The position numbers and the translations under genes were made by a program. From assembly GCF_009914755.1 (NCBI RefSeq), contig NC_060925.1: 64,000 nt of DNA; one strand, written 5' to 3'. Source of the DNA: the human T2T-CHM13v2.0 reference genome, Homo sapiens. The notes below the pieces were generated by a model. The model was not told the DNA's origin and ran no database searches. It saw only the letters and a list, made by a program, of their open reading frames with translations. Below, piece by piece: positions 13,942-27,445 of the stretch. Position 1 is the stretch's first letter. Each line of letters opens with the position of its first letter.

Positions 13942-16529
13942 CTGCAAAAGAAAACACACTGTGAGGGCACTGATTTGAGCCAGAGCCAAAATTGTGCTTA
14001 GCAGGTCGGGGCGGACAAGCAAAGAGGATGTTGGGACATACTGCAGGGTAAATCATACGGAATGTGGTACTCACTTCCAATTCTGCAGAGAGGGTTTGTA
14101 CCCTAGAGACAAAGGGGGATGGATGGGCTTTTTGTTTGTCTTTGGAAGCGTAGGTGGTTAGAGCTTAGAGGTCTCTCAGACAAATTATACCATACTTATG
14201 GAAAATGAGGCCCTGAGCAGAATGTGGCTCACCTAGAGCCACAGAGAAGGTCCCTTTCCAGTTTCCCAGTCATGGGCTCATTCTTCTGTACCAGATAGCT
14301 TTAGATTTCCCTTTGCTTATACTGGCTGCACTGGTTGAGTGTCCGATATATTGGCAATGCTCTTTGCCTTGAGTGCCTGTTGTACTGCCACCCTCCAGAT
14401 ACTTCTTTTTAACCAAGATATTTCTAGATTGGTTTCATTCTTAAGTCTGCTCATAATACTATAACAATTTCAATTAGTGATGACCAACCATTCCTTTTCT
14501 AACTGAATCCTTATCCTTTTTTACCACACAATATTCACACAGAATAATATTTGTCTAGCACACTAGGCTATAGGGATGAGGCAGCTTATGTTTGGAAGCA
14601 ACTGGCCTTGGATACCCCAAAGCCTGAGGTGATCAATATCTCAAAAGGCCTGTTCCCTATTACAGCACAGCTACTGTCCTAGACTGGATGCCATGAAAAC
14701 CTGAGGGTAGAGAAGTGGGTACAGGAGGCTGCAGTTGGTGAAGTGGTGAGCAGCCCTTCTAAAGACTTGAGTCAGGGTTCCTTAAGTCCCAGTCCTCCTG
14801 CTGACCTCTTTCTCTTTCCTACACTTGATTTTCCCTAAATAGTATTGGAAATCTCTGTTTCTGTTTTCTTAAAAGAGGTCCAAACAAATTCCATTTTGAG
14901 AGTCATTGCTCTAGATTACAAATTGCAGGAGCTTTCAATCACCTAGTATTTTGTGCAGTGGAGGCCTTGCTATATTTTACCTCCCCTGCATTTCCCTCTT
15001 TATCTTGCCTCTATCCAAGAATGGCTTCCTAAAATTCTGCTTAAGCAGAAAGGGGAAGGCAGAAACATTTTAAAATACTAACTGTGGTCAGGCACAGTAC
15101 TAAGTACTTTGATGTATCAATTTTTTTCATACTCCTGGCAATTGTACAGGAGAGAAGGACATGATATTTAGAGGGGAGAAACTGTCTGTCCAAGACATCT
15201 TCATTAAATGGCAGGGTCAGGATTAAAATTTAGTCAGTTCTGATTCTGACTCTAGAGTCCAAAATATGGCAATGAATATAAATAATCTAGCATGATGCCT
15301 GGTACTTAAAAGGTTCTCAATAAAAAGATCTATGCAGTATTGATGTTGTTATTATTACAGAACATCTGATCCTTGGTTTATGTAAGATGGCTCTTACTTT
15401 TTCATGAATTTTACTTATTTAAAGTTCAGAGATTTGACCTGCCACGCGGGCAGGGACCCCCTAAATGTCCCCACCAATTGTATAAACTGCTTCTGTTTCA
15501 TCTTCTTTCTTGGTAGAGAACCCACTACTTTTTTTGGTTAGACAGGTCTACTTTGAGCAAGGTTAAAAGCTGCTTCCTGATGACACAATCACTGTTTCTA
15601 GCTACTTCAGTCCATGACAATAGTTTGGAGAGCTGATGAAGATCTGTGTTGTCTTCTCTCCAGTCTAAATATTCCCAGGTCCTTTGTCCTTTACTCATAA
15701 GACCTGGTCTCAAATCTCCCTCTCCTCAGGGTCACCCTCCTTCTTCATTAACTTTGATCTGTTTCAGTCAAAATCTCTGTAAGATTTCTCTACCCCTTGC
15801 TTCAATGACTTCTCATGTACCTAAAAGGAGGTCCAGATCCCTCCAGTGCCTTCTCAAACACACATACCTGTTTTCCTGCCAACTCATAATTCATTCCAGT
15901 TGACACTTTCAAGCAAACAATGCAACTCTAAGATGTCACTAATCTACACAGTAAGAACATATCCTAGCACTGATATGAAACACCCACCCACGCATGTGGG
16001 CTAGAAGGAACGCTGGAGCCAGACCTTCTTCCTTCCCTAACACGGAACCAGGCCAGTGGGACATCTGGCTTAAGCTGCCTTTGCCAAGGTCAGCCTATGT
16101 GGCTTGGCACTTTCTTCATACATAAGGGAAGAATCCATCCTGTCCTTTTTTCATACACTTGACTTTGTGATGATCACAGTTGGTGAAGATGGCCTATTTG
16201 TCTGAAATGTATTTTTTTCTAATTAAGAACTATTGCTAAACGGCAACTCTGTGCCTAGGATTCTTTAAAGAAAAAAGGGAAGAAAAGCTGACAGAGTCAG
16301 ACAGGCCTGGGCTTGTGTCCTGGCTTTCTGTCTCTGGCCTCAAACTTGGCAACTCTAAAATGAGCAAGTGAGACTGAAATGCCATCAGTGACTGGGAGCC
16401 AAACGCAACCAGGTAGTGTGCTTACAGGCTCCCTCTTCTGGTGTAGAACTCCCTGAGAACCTGTAGCCAGCACACTGGGGGCTCAAAGGACAGAGTCAGA
16501 TTTTAAAAGGGACCACATTTTCAACTATC

Positions 16530-17180
16530 CTCTCACATTTTAATTTTCTGTGCATGTATCAGTCTTTCTCACTAGATGAGGAGCATCTTAAGGGCCTAGA
16601 ACACCTATTATTAATTTTAGTAAAATCAGTACATGTCACAGAGTACCCCTCAGTAAGTATTGGCTGAACTCAACTGAACTAGTCCCCAAATCCACAGACA
16701 TTATCCTTTCAAACCTCCATGCCTTTGCTTATGCTATCATCTCTGTCTACCCTCTTGAAATCTTCCTGAAGATTTCAACCTTCCTGAAGATTTCAACCAT
16801 GGAAACCTCAAGATTTCCATGAAGTCTTCTTTGAACACCACCTCCCAAACCTAACCACTTTATCTCCCTTCCTCAGAACAGAATTTCACACTTTGTTCTT
16901 CCAATGCATCTTGCAAAGCCTATCTCACTAGGATCCTCAAGTAGGATCCTAGTGAGAAAGACAATGAAGACAGTATCATGTACTGTCTTCCTTGTCTGTC
17001 TTTGTCATGTACTGTCTTTCTCACTAGGAGAAAGTATCATGTACCGTCTTCATTGTCTGCCTTTCTCACTGATCCTACTTGAGGACAGGGCTATGTCATT
17101 TCACCTCTGTGTCCCCAGTTCCCAGAACAAAGGTCTGGAAGGAATGTTTGATGTCATCTAGCTCAAATAAATGTTTCAAC
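16530..17180 (+). mobile_element. L2 3' end fragments carrying nested inverted repeats
   Basis: ttgaggacagggctatgtc..ctctgtgtccccag..aataaatgttt. Confidence 0.65.
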
Positions 17181-17503
17181 TATGCTGTTATGCCTCTGCA
17201 ATGACCCTGTTGATTAGGAATTAATCAGCATGGAGAGTAAACATGCTCTTTCTTTTCCAAGACTTTTCCCCTGCTACATCTTTGGGGTTCTTTGCCTTTA
17301 AGATTTTGCTCCTGCCATGTCTGTAGCCAGGAATACTGTCAATCCATCTCCTCTGGGAGGGTTTCCCTTCTTTACTGTTGCCCAGAGGATTACTATCTCT
17401 CCCCACTCCTACAGCTCCTACTGTCTGTACCACCTCTGTGGTGATAAATTAACACTAACCTGGTGATAAGCCCCTTTAACCTACCGATCACTGACATATG
17501 TGT

Positions 17504-17517
17504 GCACCACCTAGTGG
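17504..17517 (-). promoter_or_regulatory. CTCF-like motif
   Basis: Minus strand CCACTAGGTGGTGC, a close match to the CTCF core CCASYAGRKGGCRS. Binding is not shown. Confidence 0.5.
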
Positions 17518-18063
17518 CACAAGCAGATATGCGTAGGCTGTTGTTTTAACCTCTAGCTCTTAAAACAGGATTACAAAACCTGCATGTTCTAGGTGCAAAC
17601 GAAAACAAAAGTGTATGTTCCAGAATGACTCTGCAACAATTTTTAGCTAAGAAACTGGAATATTTAAATAATTCCCTCAAAGTCATTCAAAAATAAAAGG
17701 ACTGAAATGAAGTGAAAATTTTCCTTACTAGTCTACCAGGCACAATCATTTGAGATTGCCAATGAAAACTATGTGGCATTTGTAAAAATAGAGCACATGG
17801 TTTATAGAATTTGACCAATAATGTACAATCAGCCATATACAGAGAGGGGCATGTTGGACATAAAGAATTACCAAATTATTATAATTGGTTGCCAACTGAG
17901 AGAGATAAGAGCCTTTAATATGGATGGTAGGATAGGGAGGAAATGAAGCCAGTAAGGTAGGTGGCAGGTTTAATAGGCAGACAGGGCCTGATGACTCTTG
18001 AACCACTTTCTGACCAAAAGCTACAGTCTAAGGAAGGCAGAGCCTTCACATGTGTAGTAGTGG

Positions 18064-18064
<1 letters not shown>

Positions 18065-18108
<44 letters not shown>
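18065..18108. repeat. (TG)22 microsatellite
   Basis: Read directly from the sequence. Confidence 0.97.
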
Positions 18109-18112
<4 letters not shown>

Positions 18113-19729
18113 TGTGTGTATGTGCGTTTGGGGTCGGGGAGAGGACATTCATCTCAGACAAAGAAGTTCCACATTTGGATGGAGGAGAATGCATCCAAGT
18201 GTGCCTGTGTGGGATTCTATGGACTACTGAAGGAATGTGGGTATGCCAGCGTTGGATCAATCAGGAGTAGATATGTGGACTCCTGGCTGTGTATGACCCC
18301 TGCATCCAGCCTTCCCTGATAAACATGGTGCCCCATGGACATTCAGAGGAAACCAATTTCTTTGCTTAACCACTGTGTGGTGAATGCTGAGTATGACCTC
18401 ATAAGGACAATGGAGGGTGGGGATTCTAAGGTCAGCAGGAGTAACCTCTGAATTGGGTATCCAGGGATTGCCAGAGTGTCTATAGTGGATGCTTGAGGAA
18501 TTGTCCACCAGCACCCTTGCTCCAGGAATTATCCATTATTCCCCCATGCATCGAGTGAATGCTGTTATATTAGTACCATGTCACCCCACCTCTAGTCACA
18601 GTGGACTTCTCCAAAGGTAGAAGTCCTAAAAGCTGGGCTAATTAGACACCTTACTCAAGAACTTTGGACCTTTTCTGGATTCAATTATTCTCTCTGAAAA
18701 CTATAGTTGTCCTAAGTTAAAGAACCTATCTTTAAAATTTTCATAATTATGAAAATCACACATGCTGATTTTTGTCATTTTCCAAATTTCCAGAAAATTC
18801 AGAGTAAAAGTAGAAAAATTGCTTTGAGTCAACTGCAACCAAGAACTGGGAATATTTCCAGAAAATTCAGAGTAAAAGTGAAAAGTAATGAAATCCTACC
18901 ACTGAAAGAGAACCATAGTTAATATTTTGGTGTATTTTCTTATCATCTTTCTCACTATGTGTATATATTTAATGATATTGTATTTATATATAATAAATGA
19001 AGTACAAGTCTAATCCTGTGCAACATTATGTTCATATAATTTTTCATCCCAGGCTGCATCTTTGTTTTGAAGTAGGAGAGTGTAAGTCACATATATTTAT
19101 GGTCATAGCTAATACATTTGATCTTACAACTGTGATTTTGTTTCTAATCTTTTTCTTTTCAGGGAAGGTAGCATTAATCAACAAGATACCAGTAGGATAA
19201 ACACTTGCTTATTTTGTCACAAGGAGCCAGTTTGAAAAGCCCAGCTACTGCAGCCTACCAATATAGATAAAGGCTTCTGAATCTGGGAGACTCTTCAGGC
19301 AATATTCAACTTAGAAGATACTCTTTTATTTTTTCATATCTGAAGCCCCTATGATTGCAGTTACAGAAAGCATTAAAAACAAACAAAACAAACAAACAAA
19401 CAAACAAACAACCAAGAAAGCATTCTGAAGAGTGCTGGATTCAAAATCAGACAGACAAAGGTGAATTCTGATTCTATAACCTCTGAGCTCTGTTATCCTA
19501 GGCAAGTTATTTAAGCTAGCTGGCAATGAGGTACTCAGCCATAAAAAGAGTGTACGCCAACCCCCAGGGGCCTAACAGGAAGGCGAAGCAAAGAGAAAAA
19601 GGAAGAATCACTCTAAACGGGGGAGCAACAGGCAGAGTGGGGGAATGCACTGGTTGAATACTAGGATTTCCGAGTGCTGGCTACATCTCTGTGTCACCTC
19701 AGGCTGAGCCTTTGGGCTTCTCACTATCT

Positions 19730-20345
19730 GGTACCTAGCCCTTTACTATGGCCTCTTAAAGCTCTCCCAGTTTCTAGTTTTCTTTCCTACAGGTCATCCT
19801 CCACACTGCAGCTGGAGTGAGCTTTCTAGAATGCACATCTTAAAACTCATCAGGATTCCTATAAGACAAAATCTTAGCCTTAGGTGGCTTTTGGAGGACT
19901 TCTATAACCTGGCTTTTGCCTTCCATCTCTTGTCCTCTCAGACTCTGAGCTCTAGCTATGATCAACCACTTCTGGTTGCCAAATTTGCCGTGCTTTCGTC
20001 ATTTGCCTTTGCACATGTTGTTCCCTCTAATTGGAACAACAACCCCATACCCAAACTAGTGAGGAACTGTCTAACTAATTCCTGCTTGTTATTTGGCTCT
20101 TAACTCACGCTACCTCTGCTGTAAAGCGTTGCTTAACTTGCCAAGGCTGTGCTAGATCTGGTCCTTCCCCTGTCCTTCCCCATCAGAGCACCATCACATT
20201 GTATTTCCGTGACCTCCTCACTCCTCCATCCTCTCTAGTGGTTGTGTGAGTTTCCTGAAGGCAGGCGCTGTGCCCTCTTTATTTCTCTCCTCTCAGGGAC
20301 TAGCCTAGCACCTGACCAACAGATAATGCTCAATTCAGATTTGGT
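19730..20345 (+). mobile_element. L2
   Basis: catcctccacactgcagctggagtgagctttcta..gcctttgcacatgttgttccctct..gtgagtttcctgaaggcagg. Confidence 0.75.
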
Positions 20346-21258
20346 GATTCCTTGCTCCCAGGATGGCAACTAAACAGGGTCCCACTGAATTAGTCACCAA
20401 AAGAGGTCTTTAGTTTTACCCCTTGTCTTCCAATAGGCACACATCAACATACCCATACAAAACTCATGCACTACCCCCATAATTTTTGTGAAAACTCTAT
20501 TTCTGTCTTGGGGACCCAGGAATTGGGCCACAGAGAATTTGGCCTTCTTCATCTTGATGGGTAGTTACGAGTCTATGGTTAAAAATTCACTTTTCGTTTT
20601 GGTCACGACTGCATTGCAATTACCTCCCAGAATGAGAAGGGACGTGTTGTTCTGGGAGCTCAGTGGCTGGTTTGATGTGTGGGGTTCTGCGTGGTAGAAG
20701 AGAATAGTCACTGATTATGTGTTCTGTTTTGCTTTCTGTGTTTCGTGCAAGATAGCTATTTGGGGAAAAGTCAGTCTTTCACAGCATAGACTGGAGATGA
20801 TTTAAATAAGAACACCAGTAATCCCCAGGCATTCTCCTGTCACTCCAGAAGCCAGCCATCGGGGGAGGACTTGGGGATCAACACTCTCCAGAAACAGGCG
20901 CCACAGGGGCATAAGCACACATTTGGCTTCAGGGCTCAAGCCCTTTCCTTTCCTGTAACCCCTCCCTTCTCTGCTCAGTTCATTCCCTCCCCCAGCCATA
21001 GTCACTTTCTAGGCATCTAGGGATCCCATGCCCTGCTCCCTGCCCTATCCCCAAGTGTAGCCTGCTTCCTGGATATATTTTATGTGGGACAGGCCTCTCT
21101 CCAAACTCACTGCTTCTAATCTCTCTTACTCCAATCTAGCCTCTTCACTGGCTATAGGACTGATCATTCTAAAATTAAATTTGCTCTTTTCTTTGAATAA
21201 TTTAATGATTCCCATTGCATTTTTGGGAAGACTAGATTTCTTAGTTTGGCATTCAAGG

Positions 21259-21534
21259 AGGGTGCCAAAAATCTCCACGAGTTGTATGTGTTATTTGAAA
21301 AAATAGTTTTTACATTATAATATTTACATCCAAATATTACATACTTGGAAAACAAACCAAAAATACCTATTATTTTCAGAACCAAGTTTCAGACAATAAA
21401 GTGGGGCCTGTAATTATGTCAGTCAGTGTGATATGTAGCAGACTGATTCTCATCTGGCTGGAGGAAGGAGTGGGGAGGGGCCAGTTTCCTCTGTGAGGAA
21501 AGAGAGCAGAGATCATCGAAATTTGGGAAACACT
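21259..21534 (-). mobile_element. hAT-Charlie MITE, MER112-like
   Basis: Terminal tttgggaaacacta; the body matches the remembered MER112 consensus in reverse. Confidence 0.6.
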
Positions 21535-24500
21535 ATCTCAAGGCCCTGAGCTCATGCCCACCCCCAAGCCTTCTATATGCAAGACCATTCTGTGCACCAC
21601 CACCTTACCTGCTTCCAACCTTGGCTCCTGCCCTTGACAAGATCTTCTTTCTACCTCTCCTTTTGCTGAACAACTGATGGGCAGCATGGCTTTCCCAGAT
21701 AACACCTTGCCTCAACTCCATGACTCTCCATTTATTTATTTGTTAATTCAACAAATACCAATGAAGCATTTGCTATGTATGTGCCAGGCATCTTGCTGGG
21801 GATAGAGTGAGAAAGACACAGCCCCTGCCCTCAAAGAGCTAGCTAGACAGATAGAAGACAGATATGTCAAGCAAATAATCACACAATATGAATTTATTTT
21901 AATTGTGGTAAGTGCTCCCAAGAAAAATATGGGAAAAGGTATTCTGATGGGGGTTCAAAGTATCCCTCAAGCTTTACCTTGGTCCACTGACTGATATCTG
22001 GATGCCATACCCGATCACCTCTCAACCTCACTGCCTTCAGGGGAAACATGAACAGTGGCTGAGGCTCACCCTCCCTTTCCAGGACCTACCCTCATCAGAA
22101 TAATAAAAAATGCTTTAGCATGTTACTCAGAGAGAGAGTAGATAAGCGTGGACATCACTCAAAGCTGAAATAAAATTCCACAACTAGGGGTTATAATCCA
22201 GTGGGAAGCAGAGTGGGGTAGCAAACAAAACCTCAGCTGCACATGTGAGATTGCTTCAATATATTTTGCAGAGTAGTTTCTGCTCCTGTAACTCTCTTTT
22301 ATTGGAAAATTCAGGCATGCAAGTGTCTTTCATCCCCAGGGCAACTTAAAGGAGCATCTTGGTTCAGCCTCTGGCGGCCGGCACAAAAGCAGGGCAAGTG
22401 GAAATAGAGAGGAGCATATAAAACTGCAAAGACAATTTGCAAGTAGAATTAATAGCTGCTGTGGCTGAAGCAGCTGCCATTTGCTGAGCACTTTGTATGT
22501 GCCAATCTTCACAACAGCCGTTTGAGGCAGGTATTGTTGCCCTTTTTTACAAATGAAGAAACTTGCTCAAGGTCACAGCTGCTAAGTGGAAAAACCTACA
22601 CTCAAACCCATACTGATTGCCTCTGAAGCCTACGCTCCATTAGTCGTGACAGCAGTTAGTTGTGAGGGATGAGGGAAAAATCTTGGCTTATTCGCAGGTT
22701 TATAGGCAGAAAAGCAGCATGAATTGCTGTGGGTGACACCACACACCTGGAGCAGCCTCTGCACAAGGGAGTGAAAGAAGCTACAACTCAAGTGTGATCT
22801 TTTGTACTTTTCCTCCATAGGGTTCACAATTTGAAATTCTCTATTAACTTGTGTTTATATTTGATTAATGCTATTCTCATTACATTCTAAGCTCCATGGC
22901 AAAAGGACAGTGTTTAAGTCTCCTGGCAGTGTGGGCTCTGTCTAGATATGTGTTAGGCGAGTGAATACAGAAACCTCGATCAAGTTCCTAAAGAGGACTG
23001 GATAAACAGCTGAAACCCTTACTCCTGCTGGAGAGAAATGAAACATGCCTCATCCTAAAATCTTACACAGTCAGATGGGGGTTGTGCTAGAGGATTTCAC
23101 TTTCCTTTGCTCTGGAGGAAAGACCCAGGCATCAAGAGGCAGCGAGAGGAAGGCCGTTCCAGTCATGAGTCAGAAGATTACATGCTAGGGCAGTAATTCT
23201 CTGCTCTAGCCCTAAAAGGTCATGTGGGGACCTGCAAGAAGAGACTGGTATTTCAAGTGACAGTAGGTTGTGCTCAAAGCTGACAAATGCCCACCCAGTG
23301 CACCCATGGGCCCCACAGCATCTAGGCAGTGATTACCTAACATGTCTCATGTTACAGTTAGGTGCTTACATATTGGTCTACCTCTTCTCTCTTCATGTGC
23401 CACCCTCTGCCTTCTCTTCCAACATGAGGACCTGAATATTTTTCATATATTGATAGTTTTTTAATACCTGTTCCCTGATAGGGCTTTGAGAAGTTTGTTG
23501 CAGATGTGATGTTTTAGCTTATTGACAGAGCAAGTTTCATGATTATAAATTATTTTGATATGTTTTTAATAAGTCACATTTCTTTTTGTGGAATCAAACT
23601 TTAGAATTAAGATGTGCCTTTAAGGACTTCAAATGATACTTCAGTGCTATGATTACTCTTCATTATTAAGGAAGTTAAGATGCAGCATGCATGATGCTAT
23701 CCCAAATCACACACTGCTGGGATGTCAGAGCAAGGGTCTTTGGAGATCCACTAGCCCAACTATTTTAAAGAAAAGTAAACTGAGGCCACAGAAGGAAAGG
23801 GATCTGCTCAAAATCACCTGCCATATTGTTCTGTACTGTTTACTTGTTTCTCTCCTTCAGTAGGGTGGACGAAGCAGATTTATGTCTATAATCCAGTGCC
23901 TAGAAAAGAACAAATGCCCATAAAAACTTGTCAAAGAAAGCAAGGTAGTGGGGTGTAAGTAGAGGAAGGGGAAATATTTAGTTCGTAATTAGTTCTGGAT
24001 TCCAAAGTTATGCTATTTATTTGATTCAAGCTGTTTTAACTGAAGATTTACCAAGAGGGCCTCGTTTTAGACATGGTAATTAACGTAGATATAATAAAAG
24101 GAAAGAAACCTAGGTTAGCGATGAGGCCCTAGCTACCTTCTGTCTCCAAGAATGGGTCTGTTATGCTTGACATAGTCTTAAGACTATCAGGAAATCTCTC
24201 TGAAACACCACATTCTGTTTCTTTACATATTTGATTATTTATAATATACTAATTCCAAAAAAAGAATTTGAAGATCTTACAATAAAAGAAATGCAACAAA
24301 ATAAAAATAATGCAATTAAAGACATGGAGAAAAAAATAAGGATAGGCAAAATTAGATGATACTAGGTGCAAGGTCATGACTCACAATTCATATCCTTAGT
24401 GTCCTTAGGAAGGATATGCTGAGGCCTTTAGGGTGGTAGGACTTGCCCCAGTTCATGTAGTGAAATACCAGCAGACTGAACTCCCCTGTGTTGTTTGAAT

Positions 24501-26674
24501 AAGGATTAGGAGCACAGAGATAGGTGAAATATGGCAGCAGGGAGAGCAATGGTGCCAGAATAAGATGCCCCAGCTCTGGGCCATAGATCAGAGCAAAAAA
24601 CAGACAACTGGACAAGTCCTAGCTTACACATTCACCAGCACTAAAGCCCTTGAACAAATGACTTCATCTCTCTCTCATTTTCGCATCTCTAAAATGAGGA
24701 CTAAATGGAATATAAACTGGAATATAACTTCACTCAGAAGTTTCATATTACAAGAAATATTACTATAGTAATAGGATACAATACAAAATTTTCTTTTTAA
24801 AGATAAAACATTAAAGGATGAAAGCTTCAGATTTTTTGAGAGTATCAAGGTCAGTCTCTAGTTGGGTGGAAGAGTTTGGAGGCTGTGACTTTTAAAAAGA
24901 TCCTATCATACTCAAGTAAGTGTTCAATAACATCTTTTTTGGTTCCCATTCTCCTTCAGACTCAGCAATTGTACAAAGTAGCTCACAGCAGCTCCACATA
25001 GAACTGTGGTATAGACTGAATGAAATGGATCAGGAACACTTAGAAGCCAGGAGCTGTGTTTTCTGGCCCCAGCTTTGCCACTAACTTGGTGTAGGAATCA
25101 ACAATTCACCTTCTCTGAACTTACCTCTGCCATACACTGTCTAAGTGACCATGAACAAGTCAGTTAAATACTTTGAAATGGGTTTAACAAAACTCGCCTA
25201 CGAGTAGAGCAGTTAGCTAAGTGCTTGGAATTTTTAATTCCAAGACCCCTTGTTTGGAAAGTCTTCCCTCCTGTCTTTCTTTATATATGACTCAGCACCT
25301 TGTATTACCCTTGGCCACAGACATTATCACTGTATATTACAGTGATCTGTCTGAGTCATCTGACTGTGAGCTTTTACCAGCAAGGACACTGTGATTCAGA
25401 TCGGTATCTCCAGCTCCTACCACTGTACTTGGCACATAGCAGGCTCTCAGTCATGTTTGCTGAATTGCACGATATTGTGGAGTTCCTGTGAAAAATATCA
25501 TGACATTCAAAATAAAAGTCTGGCACTGAAAGTGATGCAACATTAATCTGTATTCCTGCCCAGCCGGAGTAATGCCTCTTCACGATGTCAGAGTTATATA
25601 TACTCCAGGAAGTAAAAGTGCCAGGCCATAAAAGTCTATTTTCTGCATTTGACTGTCTCTCAAGGAAGCTCCATTCCACGCTGATTGACCAAGACTTTCT
25701 ACAAAAAATTGCCAGCTTGATTATGAGGAAAGAATCCAGATCTAATTGTTCTTTGTAAGCCCGGGACAGAAGGTATTGTTGCTTGAAAAATGGAACTGTC
25801 TAAATTAATTTTCCTGAAACAAACATCTTTGCCAAATAAAAGCAATGCATAATAACAACCCATAATTAAAAGCAAAATGATACCTTTTGTTACATGGAGA
25901 AAGCAAATGTGTTCAGTATAAAAAAAAAAAAAAGACAAAAATGTTATTTTCTTGGATTTCCAGGGACACATCTTGAAGTCTGTTGAGAGGGGTCAGTGTG
26001 TGTGTGTGTGTGTGTGCACGAGTGTGCACACAAGCATGCTTGCTTGTGTTTAGAAGTAGCACGCAATGAAAAAGATGTCTCTTTCTTTCCTTTCTTTGTT
26101 ACTGAAAAAGAAGTTTTGAAAAACAAGCATTGTTTATCTCTGATTTCTCAACAATGCAGCCAGAATATTCTAAAATTCCCTTACACTTTGTATAGACAAG
26201 AATTAGAAAAGTGAGGGAAATTCATATTTATTGAACTGCTTTTATTTTCCCTTGCCTAACTTTCCTAACATATTTTAATTTATTTCAATTTTTTGACATA
26301 TATATACATTTGTAAATTGATAAATGCTTTCATAAAAAGCTCATTAAGATATAAAAAATTTTAGTGAACATCTACTATGCAAATAATGCTTTATTTATGT
26401 TAACTTATCTTATCCTCACAACATATCTGTACCATAATGCAGGTATTTAACTCCATTTTAGAGATAAGGAAACTGAAGCTCAAAGAAGTTAATTAAATTG
26501 CCCAAGTCGTACAGATAGTAAGTGATGGAGCTCAGATTAAAACTGAGCTTTTGATTCTGAAGCCTATGCCCTTAAAAATACTTTGATCATAGTATACAGT
26601 ATTACTAAATAATTCTACCAATGATATCAAAATAAAAAATGAAAAATACATATAAAATCTCAACATCTCAATAT

Positions 26675-27445
26675 TTTCTTTTTTACATTTTTAAAAAATG
26701 TTCATAGGTTATTGGGGGAACAGGTGGTATTTGGTTACATGAGTAAGTTCTTTGGCGGTAATTTGTGAGATTTTGGTGCACCCACCACCTGAGCAGTATA
26801 CACTGAACTCTGTTTGTAGTCTTTTATCCCTTATCCCCTTCCCACCATTTCCCCCTGACTCTCCAAAGTCCATTGTGTCATTGTTATCCCTTAGCATCCT
26901 TATAGCTTAGCTACCACTTATGAGTGAGAACATGTGATGTTTGGTTTTTCATTCCTGAGTTACTTCACTCAGAATAATAGTCTCCAATCTTATCCAGGTC
27001 ACTGCGAATGCCATTAATTCATTCCTTTTTAAGGCTGAGTAGTATTCCATCATACATATATATACCAGTTTCTTTATCCACTCATTAATTGATGGTCATT
27101 TGGGTTGGTGCCTCATTTTTGCAATTGCGAATTGTGCTGCTGTAAACATACATGTGCAATTATCTTTTTCATATAATGACTTCTTTTCCTCTAGGTAGAT
27201 ACCCAGTAGTGGGATTGCTGATTCAAATGGTAGATCTACCTTTACATCTTTAAGGAATGTCCACACTGTTTTCCACAGTGGTTGTACTAGTTTACATTCC
27301 CACTAGCAGGGTAGAAGTGCTCCCTGTTCACTGCATCCATGCCAACACCTATTATTTTTTTATTTTCTGATTATGGCCATTCTTGCAGGAGTAAGGTGGT
27401 ATCACATTGTGGTTTTGATTTGCATTTCCATGATCATTAGTGACC
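26675..27445 (-). mobile_element. L1PB1-like 3' end
   Basis: gggaacaggtggtatttggttacatgagtaagttcttt..gagattttggtgcacccacc. Confidence 0.85.

Noticed and set aside
25488-25945. Possible retrocopy ending in the A tract at ~25920-25933
   Set aside because: No poly(A) signal at the right distance and only a loose AT-rich TSD candidate.
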